From an uncultured Chloroflexia bacterium (GTDB lineage: Bacteria > Chloroflexota > Anaerolineae > JAAYZQ01): DNA of 64,000 bases. The stretch is taken from NCBI GenBank assembly GCA_963700285.1, contig CAVOXA010000001.1:704001-768000 (forward strand). Reading direction: 5' to 3'. The stretch's first letter is position 1, and each line of letters begins with the position of its first letter. Both the position numbers and the translations under genes were made by a program. The notes below the pieces were generated by a model. The model made no database searches. It had not been told where the DNA came from and was given only the letters and a program-made list of their open reading frames with translations. Positions 1 to 16,288 of the stretch are shown piece by piece.

Positions 1-598
1 GCTGCTGCAACTGCTGCTTCAAACGCTGCTCGCGTAGGTACACCTCGCGGGCCATACGCTGAAAGACGCGGGCCAATTGGCCCAGCGCGTCTTCCCGCGC
101 CGCCACCGTGTCCAGGCTCTCGGGGTCGAACCTCGCCGCCTCTACCGCCTGGGCGGCGCTGGCGACGCGGGCGACCTGTTCCAGGTATTCTAATTCCAGG
201 TCGCGCAGGCGCTTCTCGGCCAGCGAGGCATTCAGCCGCGCTGCCAGCAGGGCGGGATTAAAAGGCTTGGGCAGGTAGTCGGTGGCGCCCATCTCGATGC
301 AGCGGACGACGCTGTCCATCTCTTCCAGGGCGGAGATCATGATCACCGGGATGTGGTGCAGGTCGTCGTCAGCTTTGACCTGTTCCAGAACCTGATAGCC
401 ATCCATCTCGGGCATCAGGATGTCAAGCAGGATGACGTCGAAAGGCCCAGCCTGGCCCGAACGCAGCAGGGCTAGCGCTTCCTTGCCATTTTCGGCCATG
501 GTGACCTGATGCCCTTGCCTCCTCACATCACGGTCCAGCATCTTGCGGTTGACGATGTTGTCGTCCACCACGAGGACGTGGCCAGGTTTGGCCGCCAT
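1..598 (-). CDS. Response regulator (REC domain plus HAMP-like/coiled-coil C-terminus), 3' end runs off the window
   Basis: Hand translation from ATG at 598: MAAKPGHVLVVDDNIVNRKML...FDVILLDILMPEMDG...VIMISA...GATDYLPKPF, with all REC motifs (DD, D-phosphoacceptor, S, KP). Not in the ORF track because no stop lies in the window. Confidence 0.93.
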   Translation of the reverse strand, partial: MAAKPGHVLVVDDNIVNRKMLDRDVRRQGHQVTMAENGKEALALLRSGQAGPFDVILLDILMPEMDGYQVLEQVKADDDLHHIPVIMISALEEMDSVVRCIEMGATDYLPKPFNPALLAARLNASLAEKRLRDLELEYLEQVARVASAAQAVEAARFDPESLDTVAAREDALGQLARVFQRMAREVYLREQRLKQQLQQ

Positions 599-599
599 G

Positions 600-959
600 C
601 TAGCTGCCCTTCTCGATGGTATCCAGGGCGAGTCTGACCCTCTCGTATTCGGCCGCCGCCTGCGCGATCATGGTCCCGGCACCATCCAAGGGCCCAGACT
701 TGCCCAGATCTTCCAGTTCCTTACACATGCAGGCGAGCGTCGTCGCCCCAAAGGTGGTACTGTTGGATTTTAGGCTGTGCGCCGCCCGGCGCAGGCCTTC
801 GCCATCGCCACCAGCCAGAGATGTCTCCATGGCTGCCAACTGGTCTGGTGCATCGCTAAAATAGTCCTGCATCAGCTCGGCCAGGAATTCGTCGTCGCCT
901 CCCAGGGATGCCAGGAGGGCGTCCAGGGCACCCTGGTCGATCACGCTTGATTCAGTCAT
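600..959 (-). CDS. Hpt (histidine phosphotransfer) domain protein
   Basis: LRRAAHSLKSNSTTFGA Hpt motif. ATG at 959 is preceded by GGAGAGGAG. Confidence 0.92.
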   Translation of the reverse strand: MTESSVIDQGALDALLASLGGDDEFLAELMQDYFSDAPDQLAAMETSLAGGDGEGLRRAAHSLKSNSTTFGATTLACMCKELEDLGKSGPLDGAGTMIAQAAAEYERVRLALDTIEKGS

Positions 960-982
960 AGTCTCCTCTCCACCTGATCGAT

Positions 983-1016
983 AGACTTCCAAGGTCTACC
1001 GAGACTTCGGAGGTCT
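983..1016. repeat. Intergenic REP-like double palindrome AGACTTCCAAGGTCT-N4-AGACTTCGGAGGTCT
   Basis: Same family as the perfect inverted repeat at 1433-1465. Confidence 0.75.
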
Positions 1017-1022
1017 GAACCG

Positions 1023-8991
<7,969 letters not shown>

Positions 8992-9509
8992 CTCACTCTA
9001 TCTTTCTCCATGCAGCTTGTTCCCCACCACATTTCTCCACGAAACTGGAGCCGTGCCGCCTCAATCGCCGCCCCGGGATCGTAGCTACCCCTCTGGGCCC
9101 CAGATGGAATCTAGCAGCATGTGCCAGGTTGGAGGCAGATGAGGGATAGGCCGTTGAGAGGGTTTCCGTTGCCTGGACATGGCCCGGAATCCGACGTACC
9201 ACTGCCTGGAGGGCAGGTTGATCCGGTGCCAATGGGGGGCACAGATGGACATAGGTGCCAGAGACGGGCCGGAAACGGTCGACAAGCCTGCCTGGGGTAA
9301 CAGACTATGGATCATGTCCCTCTTTTCCTCCCTGCGCCTCGGACATGGTTTTGGAGATTGCAGCCACAGGCCTCCGCTGGGGCCCTCTGCCTGCATCTGA
9401 ACAGCGATAAGGAGGACGAAGCTGCCCTTTAGGGTCAAGTTCTACTGCCAGGCCGGGGTTCAGCAACGTCTTCGTTGGAATTGAGAGCGTCTAGAACCTA
9501 TGCTTCGGC

Positions 9510-9538
9510 ATTATACCACATAGTTGCTGGGTCGCAAA
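9510..9538 (-). promoter_or_regulatory. Putative sigma70 promoter upstream of the kinase operon
   Basis: Minus strand reads TTGCGA-N16-TATAAT with an extended -10 (TG-G-TATAAT). Confidence 0.55.
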
Positions 9539-9627
9539 CTCGAGCCTCGGAGCATCCAGGATTATGGACGCCGGTAGGGCGAGAGCAGGGTCAATGCGGA
9601 CGGGTTGGATGGGAGCCTGGGGTCTGG

Positions 9628-12123
9628 CTACTGCTCTAGCACGCGTATTGTGGCCAGAGGGTAGGTTGAGCCCAGGGGGAAGGGCCCGCGGCGAACCGGG
9701 AACCAGGCACCGTCGGCGTGCTGCCGGCCCAGGAGGAGGTTGTAGACGCCTGGCGCCAGATCACTTGGCAGGGTCACCGAGCGCGGGTCACGGACGGCTT
9801 GGCCGGCAGCTAGGCGGGCAAAGGGCGCCTGCCCGCCCGCAGGCGCTGACGAGGATTCGGCCAACACGTTGCCTGCGTCGTCAGCCAGGCGCAGTACGGC
9901 CAGGCCAGGCTCCGGCGCATCCTCCAGCGCCTGCCAGAAGAGGTCCACGGGCAGCAGATCGCCCGGCTGCCCTTCGAAGGTCCGCGCATCAAAGCCCAGA
10001 AGTTGCACACCGTCGCCCATGGTCACCTGGATCGGGTACGCTATCTCGGGCGGGGGCAGCGCGGCCCAGTCAGCGGGGGCTACGACCTCGACTTCGCCCA
10101 GGGTCAGGCGATCGCCCCCCTCCCAGGGCAGCCAGATGGGCCGGCCGTCGACAAACTCGTACCAACCTACCTCCAGCCGGTACCTGCCGGGCGGCGTGCC
10201 CGGCGGCACCGGCAGGCGCAACGGGGTGCGTACCCCTTCGCCTGCTGGCCAATCTGCGAGTGTGTAGAGCGAGCCCAGGGGCCGCTCATCGGTCTGCGCC
10301 CAGCGCAGACCTTGATCATCAAAGAGCCCGGCAAAGAGGATCGCATCCTCCTCCAACGGCGCCCCTACCTGCCACACCAGGGCCAGGTCCAGCGCCCCGC
10401 CGGCCTCCACTTCCTGCGCTGAGACCGAAGCTGCCGCCAGTTGCAGTGAGCCGTCGGCCAGCGCTGCACCGGCCGGCAGCGCCGTAGCGGTCCGTGGATC
10501 CTTGCCTGTGAGGTAGCCCTGGACCCGGAGCTGGCTCCCGCCGGTGAAGACTTGGTCCTCAAAGAGGGTGCCGTGCTCGTCAAGCCAGCTTCTGATGTAA
10601 CCCTCCGGGTCGGTGACCGTATCATAGATACGATAGACCCACACCCGGTCATAGTCGGCGAACAGCCGCTCCAGCGCCTGGGCCGTCTTGATACGGTCCA
10701 TGGCGTAAAAGTCGGATTCGGCATTGCCCCAGCCCAGGGTTGGTTCGCCGTCCACCGTACCGGTCTGAAGGACCGTTGGTCCGTCGTCGCCGGTGGATCC
10801 ATCGTAGTTGGGCAAGCGCCCCCGCCAGCCCGGTGGCACTCCCTGCCAGTAGGTCAGCAACGCCGGATAGGCATAGCCGGCGTTGACCAGGATGGCGTCG
10901 CCCGGCCGCCAGCGCTCGGCCAGGAAGCGGACCGCCGCCCGGTGGTCGTCGCTGGCGTAGCGGCTGTCGGTGTGGTAGGCATAGATCGACATTCCGCAAA
11001 AGACTAGGATCAACGCCAGGCCCAGAGCCAACGCCGGACGCCAACGGTGTCCCAGCCAGGCCAAACCCGCTGCCAGGAGGACGTAAAAAGGCGTCGAATA
11101 GGTGAAGGCGTAGCGCACGTGGTACAGGGGCGTGACGAAAGAGGCCAGGTAGATGAGCAGCACCGGGATCAGGACGTAGCCGGCCAGCAGCCAGCGGCTG
11201 GCGGCCGTGTCCAGGAGACCAGAGCCTTCCGCAGCCTGAGGATCAGCCGAGCCTTTGTAGAGGAGGCCCAGGGCGAACAGAACCGCGGTGAGGACCAGCA
11301 GGGGCCAGATACGTATGGGCTCAACCGACTGGCCGAGGCTCAATGCCGACCAGGTTGCTACGATTACACTGGCCAGTGAAGCAAAACCCCGCCAGGGGGG
11401 CACCGGCGGCTGGGTCACCTGCCGCCAGGCTGTGGGGAGCCAGGGGAGGTACAGCAACACAACAACAGCCTGGGCCAGCAGCCACCGTCCCAACCAGGCC
11501 CAGCCCAGCCGTGCCCGCCGCCAACCCGCCAACCACCAGATGATGATCATCAGGTTTACGGCCATCAGTAAAAAGGCAAAGTAGTAGAGGGTCCACAGGC
11601 CCAGTGCCGCGGACAGCACATAAGCGCCCAACAGGGACCACGATGGCCCTGTTCCAGATGGGGTTCTCAGAAGCGAGACCACAGCGAGGAGCACGACCAT
11701 GCCCAGGACCGCCCCCAGAGTGTACATCCGTACCTCTTGGGAATACCAGAGGTTGTAGGGGGAGAGGGCGACCAGCAGGGCAGCAAGCAGGCCGACATCC
11801 GCGCCGAACACGAGCCGGCCCAGGCGATAGGCCAGGGGCACCAGGAGCAGACCGAAAAAGAGTGAGAGGTAGGCGGAGGAAAAATCGCTGCTGGATGCTA
11901 CCTGGCTCCAGGCGTGGAGAAGTGAATAGTAGCCTGGGGGGTGGATGTCGCCGGCGGTGTGGGCCACCAGATCCGGGATGGTCTTGGTCGCCAGGTGGAC
12001 GCTAACGGTCTCGTCATACCACAGGCTCTCCGAGCCCAGACGGTAGACGCGCAGGCCATAGGCCAGCAGCAAGGTGGCGACCAGCGCCCAGTGGCGGAGT
12101 GCGGCTCTGTTCCGAGTGGTCAT
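9628..12123 (-). CDS. Glycosyltransferase family 39 / PMT_2-like membrane protein with C-terminal Ig-like repeats
   Basis: LRVYRLGSESLWYDE, DIHPPGYY and YSQEVRMY motifs plus many TM helices. True start taken at MTTRNR (12123); the longer ORF extension is translated repeat array. Confidence 0.85.
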   Translation of the reverse strand: MTTRNRAALRHWALVATLLLAYGLRVYRLGSESLWYDETVSVHLATKTIPDLVAHTAGDIHPPGYYSLLHAWSQVASSSDFSSAYLSLFFGLLLVPLAYRLGRLVFGADVGLLAALLVALSPYNLWYSQEVRMYTLGAVLGMVVLLAVVSLLRTPSGTGPSWSLLGAYVLSAALGLWTLYYFAFLLMAVNLMIIIWWLAGWRRARLGWAWLGRWLLAQAVVVLLYLPWLPTAWRQVTQPPVPPWRGFASLASVIVATWSALSLGQSVEPIRIWPLLVLTAVLFALGLLYKGSADPQAAEGSGLLDTAASRWLLAGYVLIPVLLIYLASFVTPLYHVRYAFTYSTPFYVLLAAGLAWLGHRWRPALALGLALILVFCGMSIYAYHTDSRYASDDHRAAVRFLAERWRPGDAILVNAGYAYPALLTYWQGVPPGWRGRLPNYDGSTGDDGPTVLQTGTVDGEPTLGWGNAESDFYAMDRIKTAQALERLFADYDRVWVYRIYDTVTDPEGYIRSWLDEHGTLFEDQVFTGGSQLRVQGYLTGKDPRTATALPAGAALADGSLQLAAASVSAQEVEAGGALDLALVWQVGAPLEEDAILFAGLFDDQGLRWAQTDERPLGSLYTLADWPAGEGVRTPLRLPVPPGTPPGRYRLEVGWYEFVDGRPIWLPWEGGDRLTLGEVEVVAPADWAALPPPEIAYPIQVTMGDGVQLLGFDARTFEGQPGDLLPVDLFWQALEDAPEPGLAVLRLADDAGNVLAESSSAPAGGQAPFARLAAGQAVRDPRSVTLPSDLAPGVYNLLLGRQHADGAWFPVRRGPFPLGSTYPLATIRVLEQ

Positions 12124-12164
12124 CCAATGAACCTGGCGATGCCTGACACTGGCAGCACTCTCCA

Positions 12165-12480
12165 TCTGCTCTGCGTGGACCGCAGTCCACGCGCGAGCGC
12201 CAAGCTCGCTGGACTGTGGTCCAGCAAGAGCAGAACCAAGGAGGCGAGTCCCCTTCGCCGTCTGCTCTGCGTGGACCGCAGTCCGCGCGCGAGCGCCAAG
12301 CTCGCTGGACTGTGGTCCAGCAAGAGCAGAACCAAGGAGGCGAGTCCCCTTCGCCGTCTGCTCTGCGTGGACCGCAGTCCGCGCGCGAGCGCCAAGCTCG
12401 CTGGACTGTGGTCCAGCGAGAGCAGAACCAAGGAGGCGAGTCCCCTTCGCCGTCTGCTCTGCGTGGACCACAGTCCACGC
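12165..12480. repeat. Tandem array of 3.3 copies of a 96-bp palindromic unit (BIME/REPIN-like)
   Basis: Units start at 12165, 12261, 12357 and 12453 (partial) and are nearly identical. Each is a long inverted repeat plus a small hairpin. Confidence 0.95.
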
Positions 12481-12647
12481 ATTTGGCGTTGGCCTCGCCA
12501 GACTGCCTTAGCTCAAGAACCCGTCCCAGCAACAAGCGAAAATGCTTTTAGTGCGTGCTTTGGCTCGTTTCTGGCTGTTTCACAGCGCTGATGCGCCTGC
12601 TACGAACGGTTCACGCTCTGGTGCATGGTTCGCCTCGCAAAGAAAAG

Positions 12648-14003
12648 TCAGGGTCCGGGAAACTCCTGGCGCATCCACTGAATCGGGTTGACCGGCCTGT
12701 TGTGCACGCGCATCTCCCAGTGGAGATGCGGGCCAGTAGACAAGCCGGTGCTGCCCACCAGGCCCACTTGCTCGCCGCGACCGACGACTTGCCCCTCTTC
12801 AACGTCAATCTCCGAAAGGTGCCAGAAGCCGGTGAATACGCCGAGGCCGTGGTCCAGGATCACCACATTGCCCCGCACCTGTAGTGGTTCGGCCAGGGCC
12901 ACGGTACCGGTTATCGGGGCTAGAACCGGCTCCCCCGCATCGGCCCCATAGTCATGGCCGGAATGATAGCTGGTGACCGGGCCTCCTCCGTAGGATCGCC
13001 GTTGGCCAAAGGGCGCCGTGGTACGGTGCTCATCCCCCAAGGGATTGTCAAACAACCCATCCCATAGGCGTACCTTGCTTTCCTGGCCGAACACCCGGTT
13101 GAGCTTTTTTCGTTCCTTCTGGGAGACGCTTGGATCGAGCAGGCTCTGTTGATCGTCCTGAACTGGAACGTTATACCTGGAGAATTGGGCAGGTGTGATG
13201 ATGACCGTCTCCCGCAGCGTGAGCAGGTCGCCGCTGTCTGGTTCGATGATCGAGAGCTGCAGGACATAGTCGCCCGGGGCCGTCAGCGCATCCACGCCCA
13301 CCAGGGCCCACTGCCGTCCCTCCTCTTGGACGAAAACCAGATCCTCTTCCAGGAACTGGCCCCGCAAGTCCAGTTTGCCCTCTCCCTGGACCTCGATGAC
13401 CATGGTCCTGCCCGGGAGCATGGGATCGGGGTCGGTCCTGATCTCTGGAAAGGTAGGTGTATGCGCAGTGGCCGCAGCCGGCGGGGGGATGGTCAGCTCC
13501 TGCCCTGGGGAGATCAGACCCAGGCGGTTCAGTTGGTTGGCTTCCCGCAGCGCCCAGAACGTGGTTCCATAGCGGAAGGCCAGGCCGAGCAGGTTTTCGC
13601 CAGCGCGCACAGGATGTACCCGGAGGTTGACGATTTCTCCAGGGTCACCGGCCTCTGCCGGCTCAGTCTTGGGCTCGCCGGAAGGCATGATGAGCTTCTG
13701 GCCGGTGACGATGAGCGCTCTGTCGGTGAGACCGTTGGCGGCCATAATGGCCTCGACCGTCGTGTCAAACGCCAGGGCAATCTCGTAGAGCGTGTCCCCC
13801 TGTTTGACGACGTAGGTGGTGGGCTCTGGTGTCGGATCCTGAGCGAAAGCCGGTACGGTCAGAAGGGTGAACAGGAGGAGAAAGACCGGAAGAGCCAGGA
13901 ATTGGGGGTTGCGTGTTGCGTGTTTCGTGTTGCGTCTCGGATCTGACGCACCACGCAACACGCAATACCTACCACGCATCATGCCCCACATATCAAGCAT
14001 CAC
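12648..14003 (-). CDS. Secreted LysM x2 plus M23 metallopeptidase (start uncertain, 13979-14003)
   Basis: YVVKQGDTLYEIA and HPVRAGENLLGLA LysM domains; HSGHDY and STGPHLHWE M23 zinc motifs; signal peptide ending AFA-Q. Confidence 0.9.
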   Translation of the reverse strand: MMLDMWGMMRGRYCVLRGASDPRRNTKHATRNPQFLALPVFLLLFTLLTVPAFAQDPTPEPTTYVVKQGDTLYEIALAFDTTVEAIMAANGLTDRALIVTGQKLIMPSGEPKTEPAEAGDPGEIVNLRVHPVRAGENLLGLAFRYGTTFWALREANQLNRLGLISPGQELTIPPPAAATAHTPTFPEIRTDPDPMLPGRTMVIEVQGEGKLDLRGQFLEEDLVFVQEEGRQWALVGVDALTAPGDYVLQLSIIEPDSGDLLTLRETVIITPAQFSRYNVPVQDDQQSLLDPSVSQKERKKLNRVFGQESKVRLWDGLFDNPLGDEHRTTAPFGQRRSYGGGPVTSYHSGHDYGADAGEPVLAPITGTVALAEPLQVRGNVVILDHGLGVFTGFWHLSEIDVEEGQVVGRGEQVGLVGSTGLSTGPHLHWEMRVHNRPVNPIQWMRQEFPGP

Positions 14004-14014
14004 GCACCACGCAA
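13909..14014. repeat. Inverted heptamer (CACGCAA) tandem repeat spanning the HD/M23 gene junction
   Basis: Four TTGCGTG-type units (13909-13936), an 8-nt loop, then ten in-phase CACGCAA-like heptamers (13945-14014). Confidence 0.8.
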
Positions 14015-14619
14015 GCCGAGTCCGCCCGGCCCGTTTCCTGGCTGGCGCCAGACGGCCGCATCGTCTTCAGACGACTGTACAGGTCGGCGCTTAGCGCGTA
14101 ATGCCACTGGTGTTTGTCGTAAGCCTGCCAGAATTCGTCCAGTCCCCGGCTGCCGGCTTGCTCGTAGCGCAGGCATTGGACCATCATCTCGATTTTGTCG
14201 GCGTCGCGTACCAGGCATCCCTCGGGGCTGGTGCTATCCTCGAAGGATTGCCACAGGGCCTCGAGGCGCCCGGCAGAGGGCAATGGCGCCAACAGGTCGG
14301 CCATGGCCGACGCTTCGGCCTCACTTTTTACCCGAGCGGGAAGGAGGCGAGCGGCCCTCAGCGGCAGGTCGGTGAGGCGCACCTCGGCCAGATCGTGCAG
14401 CAGGGCGATGGCCAGGACCTTTTCGAGATCCAGTGCATCCTCCAGATCGCCGCTGGCCTGCAGCGTGTCCGCCAATGCCAGGGCCGTGAACGCGACGCCA
14501 AAACTGTGCTCGGCCACGCTCTCCACCTGGGGCACCCCGCGCAGCAGCCAGCCACTCCGCGGCAAGCGCTTCAGGGTTGTCGATTCGAGCAATAGATCGA
14601 GCAGTCGATCATTGTCCAT
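13993..14619 (-). CDS. HD-domain hydrolase (YfbR/HDDC2-like 5'-deoxynucleotidase family)
   Basis: LKRLPRSGW, ESVAEHS, ALLHDLAE and DADKIEM motifs. Confidence 0.88.
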   Translation of the reverse strand: MDNDRLLDLLLESTTLKRLPRSGWLLRGVPQVESVAEHSFGVAFTALALADTLQASGDLEDALDLEKVLAIALLHDLAEVRLTDLPLRAARLLPARVKSEAEASAMADLLAPLPSAGRLEALWQSFEDSTSPEGCLVRDADKIEMMVQCLRYEQAGSRGLDEFWQAYDKHQWHYALSADLYSRLKTMRPSGASQETGRADSACVVRDA

Positions 14620-15550
14620 TGCTGGACCTCAACAGCGCAAGGATGGCTGGTGTGACATCGGTGATGGCTGCGGCCGAGTCAAAGTAGCTGACGCCAGGTC
14701 CAACAGCCAGCAAGGGGACGGAATTAGTAGTGTGGCCCTTGGTGCTTGCGTCCTCCAGGTTGCCATGGTCGCTACAGATCACAAGCGTCGTGTCCGGCCT
14801 GCGATGGGCCAGAGCCCCGCCCAGGAAGGCGTCCAGGCGGGTGAGAACAAACTCGGGCTCTATCCGCCGGTGTCCGGCCAGGTCGGGCAGGAAGGTCTCA
14901 AAAAGGACCAGGTCATAGACCTCCGTCAACCTGGCCAGCCGCTTGCCGGCCTCCTCGGCAGGCACCAGGGGCAGGTCGTAGCTCAGGTGGCCGGACGCAA
15001 CCTCGTGGGTGATGTCCCACAGGACCGCCCGCCCCTCCAGCAGGTCGGCAAGATCAGGGATGGAGGCTCCGGCCGCCATAGCTGTCAGGGTGGAACTCCC
15101 CAATCTCAGCTTTCTCTCTTCGATCATCTGCCAGAACCGTTCCGAGTGGGCGTTGGCAAAAGTGACGCGCGCTCCCTGCTCAGCCGCGCGTTTGAGCAGG
15201 CTGTGCTCGGCGATAATCTCCCGCAGCGCTGCCGTGGGATGAGCCGAGATGTGGGCGCCGACCAGGGCTGGAGCATTGACGCCAGTAAAGAGCGCGGTCT
15301 GGCCTGTGGCGCTCTGAGGCAGACCCGGCACGCCCAGGCTGGCGTCAACCGGTCGGAAGGTGAGCCCTGTGTCAAGTAAGGTACTATCTCGCCAGGCAGA
15401 GCCGTTGAGCGCCAGGGGGCCACCCAGGAGGGTCTGTAGCTGCGGCATGGGCACGTAGCTCAGCGGGTTGTCGGGACCCGCCGGTGCCAGCCCGACCCCG
15501 TCGAGAAAGATGAATAGAACCTTGTGTTCCAGACCTCGGTGATTGCCCAT
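14609..15550 (-). CDS. Alkaline-phosphatase-superfamily metalloenzyme (iPGM/phosphopentomutase-like)
   Basis: FLDGVG, PQSATGQT, DLAGH, SDHGN and HT metal-binding motifs. Confidence 0.8.
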   Translation of the reverse strand: MGNHRGLEHKVLFIFLDGVGLAPAGPDNPLSYVPMPQLQTLLGGPLALNGSAWRDSTLLDTGLTFRPVDASLGVPGLPQSATGQTALFTGVNAPALVGAHISAHPTAALREIIAEHSLLKRAAEQGARVTFANAHSERFWQMIEERKLRLGSSTLTAMAAGASIPDLADLLEGRAVLWDITHEVASGHLSYDLPLVPAEEAGKRLARLTEVYDLVLFETFLPDLAGHRRIEPEFVLTRLDAFLGGALAHRRPDTTLVICSDHGNLEDASTKGHTTNSVPLLAVGPGVSYFDSAAAITDVTPAILALLRSSNGQ

Positions 15551-15597
15551 GCCTGCGCTCTACCCGATGCCCCTGATGCCTTGGTTGCGCGTCTCTG

Positions 15598-16083
15598 TCA
15601 CAGCTTGTAGCCGATGGCGCGCAAGAACCCCTTGCGCCAGGCAATGTCCTCTTCGCCCTCGACACCGTTTGGTACAAAACCGTCCACGACCCCCAGGATT
15701 CCGCGTCCCTGGTCTGTCTCAGCGACGATGACTTGGGTCGGATTGGCGGTGGCGCAAAAGATGCGGCAGACTTCCGGGACCATTTTGAGGGCGTTCAGGA
15801 CGTTGATGGGAAAAAAGCCCTCGCCCAGGAACAGGATAAAACTGTGTCCGGCGGCAACGGCCGAAGCGTTCTGCTTGGCCAGCCCGACCATCTCTTCGTC
15901 GGTTCCGGTCCAGCGGATGAGGCATTTTCCAGAAGCCTCACAGAAGGCCAGCCCGAACTTGATGCCCGGCACGTGGGTGACCATCGCCTCGTGAATGTCC
16001 TCGACACTTTTGATAAAGTGTGTTTGGCCCAGAACAAAGTTGGTGGCTTCTGGTTTCTCAATAGGGACAATTTTCAACTCCAT
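15598..16083 (-). CDS. Adenosine-specific kinase family (DUF355) protein
   Basis: GQTHFIKSVED, FGLAFCEASG, GHSF, PEVCRIFCATANP, GRGILGVVDG; GGGAGG Shine-Dalgarno. Confidence 0.88.
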   Translation of the reverse strand: MELKIVPIEKPEATNFVLGQTHFIKSVEDIHEAMVTHVPGIKFGLAFCEASGKCLIRWTGTDEEMVGLAKQNASAVAAGHSFILFLGEGFFPINVLNALKMVPEVCRIFCATANPTQVIVAETDQGRGILGVVDGFVPNGVEGEEDIAWRKGFLRAIGYKL

Positions 16084-16288
16084 GGCCTATCCCTCCCGGT
16101 TGAGATTCTTAAACTGGCCTATTCTATCATATTTTGCCGAAAGCTGGAATTCTCGAGCGGAGGGGGAAAGTGCTGGCCTGTGCGCTGGCGCCCCCCAGTA
16201 GAGGTCGCGCAGGGCTTTTGCTCGCAACGAGTTGGTCTCGGTCGGAGACCTTCGCCGAATCATGTGGCTTGTTGCCCTTCATGTCTGC

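Noticed and set aside
12124-12471. 32-aa repeat N-terminal extension of the GT39 protein and the overlapping repeat ORFs on both strands
   Set aside because: A by-product of a stop-free 96-nt palindromic unit; GT39-like sequence starts at MTTRNR.
12165-12480. CRISPR array
   Set aside because: The whole 96-bp unit repeats with no unique spacers, and there are no cas genes in the window.
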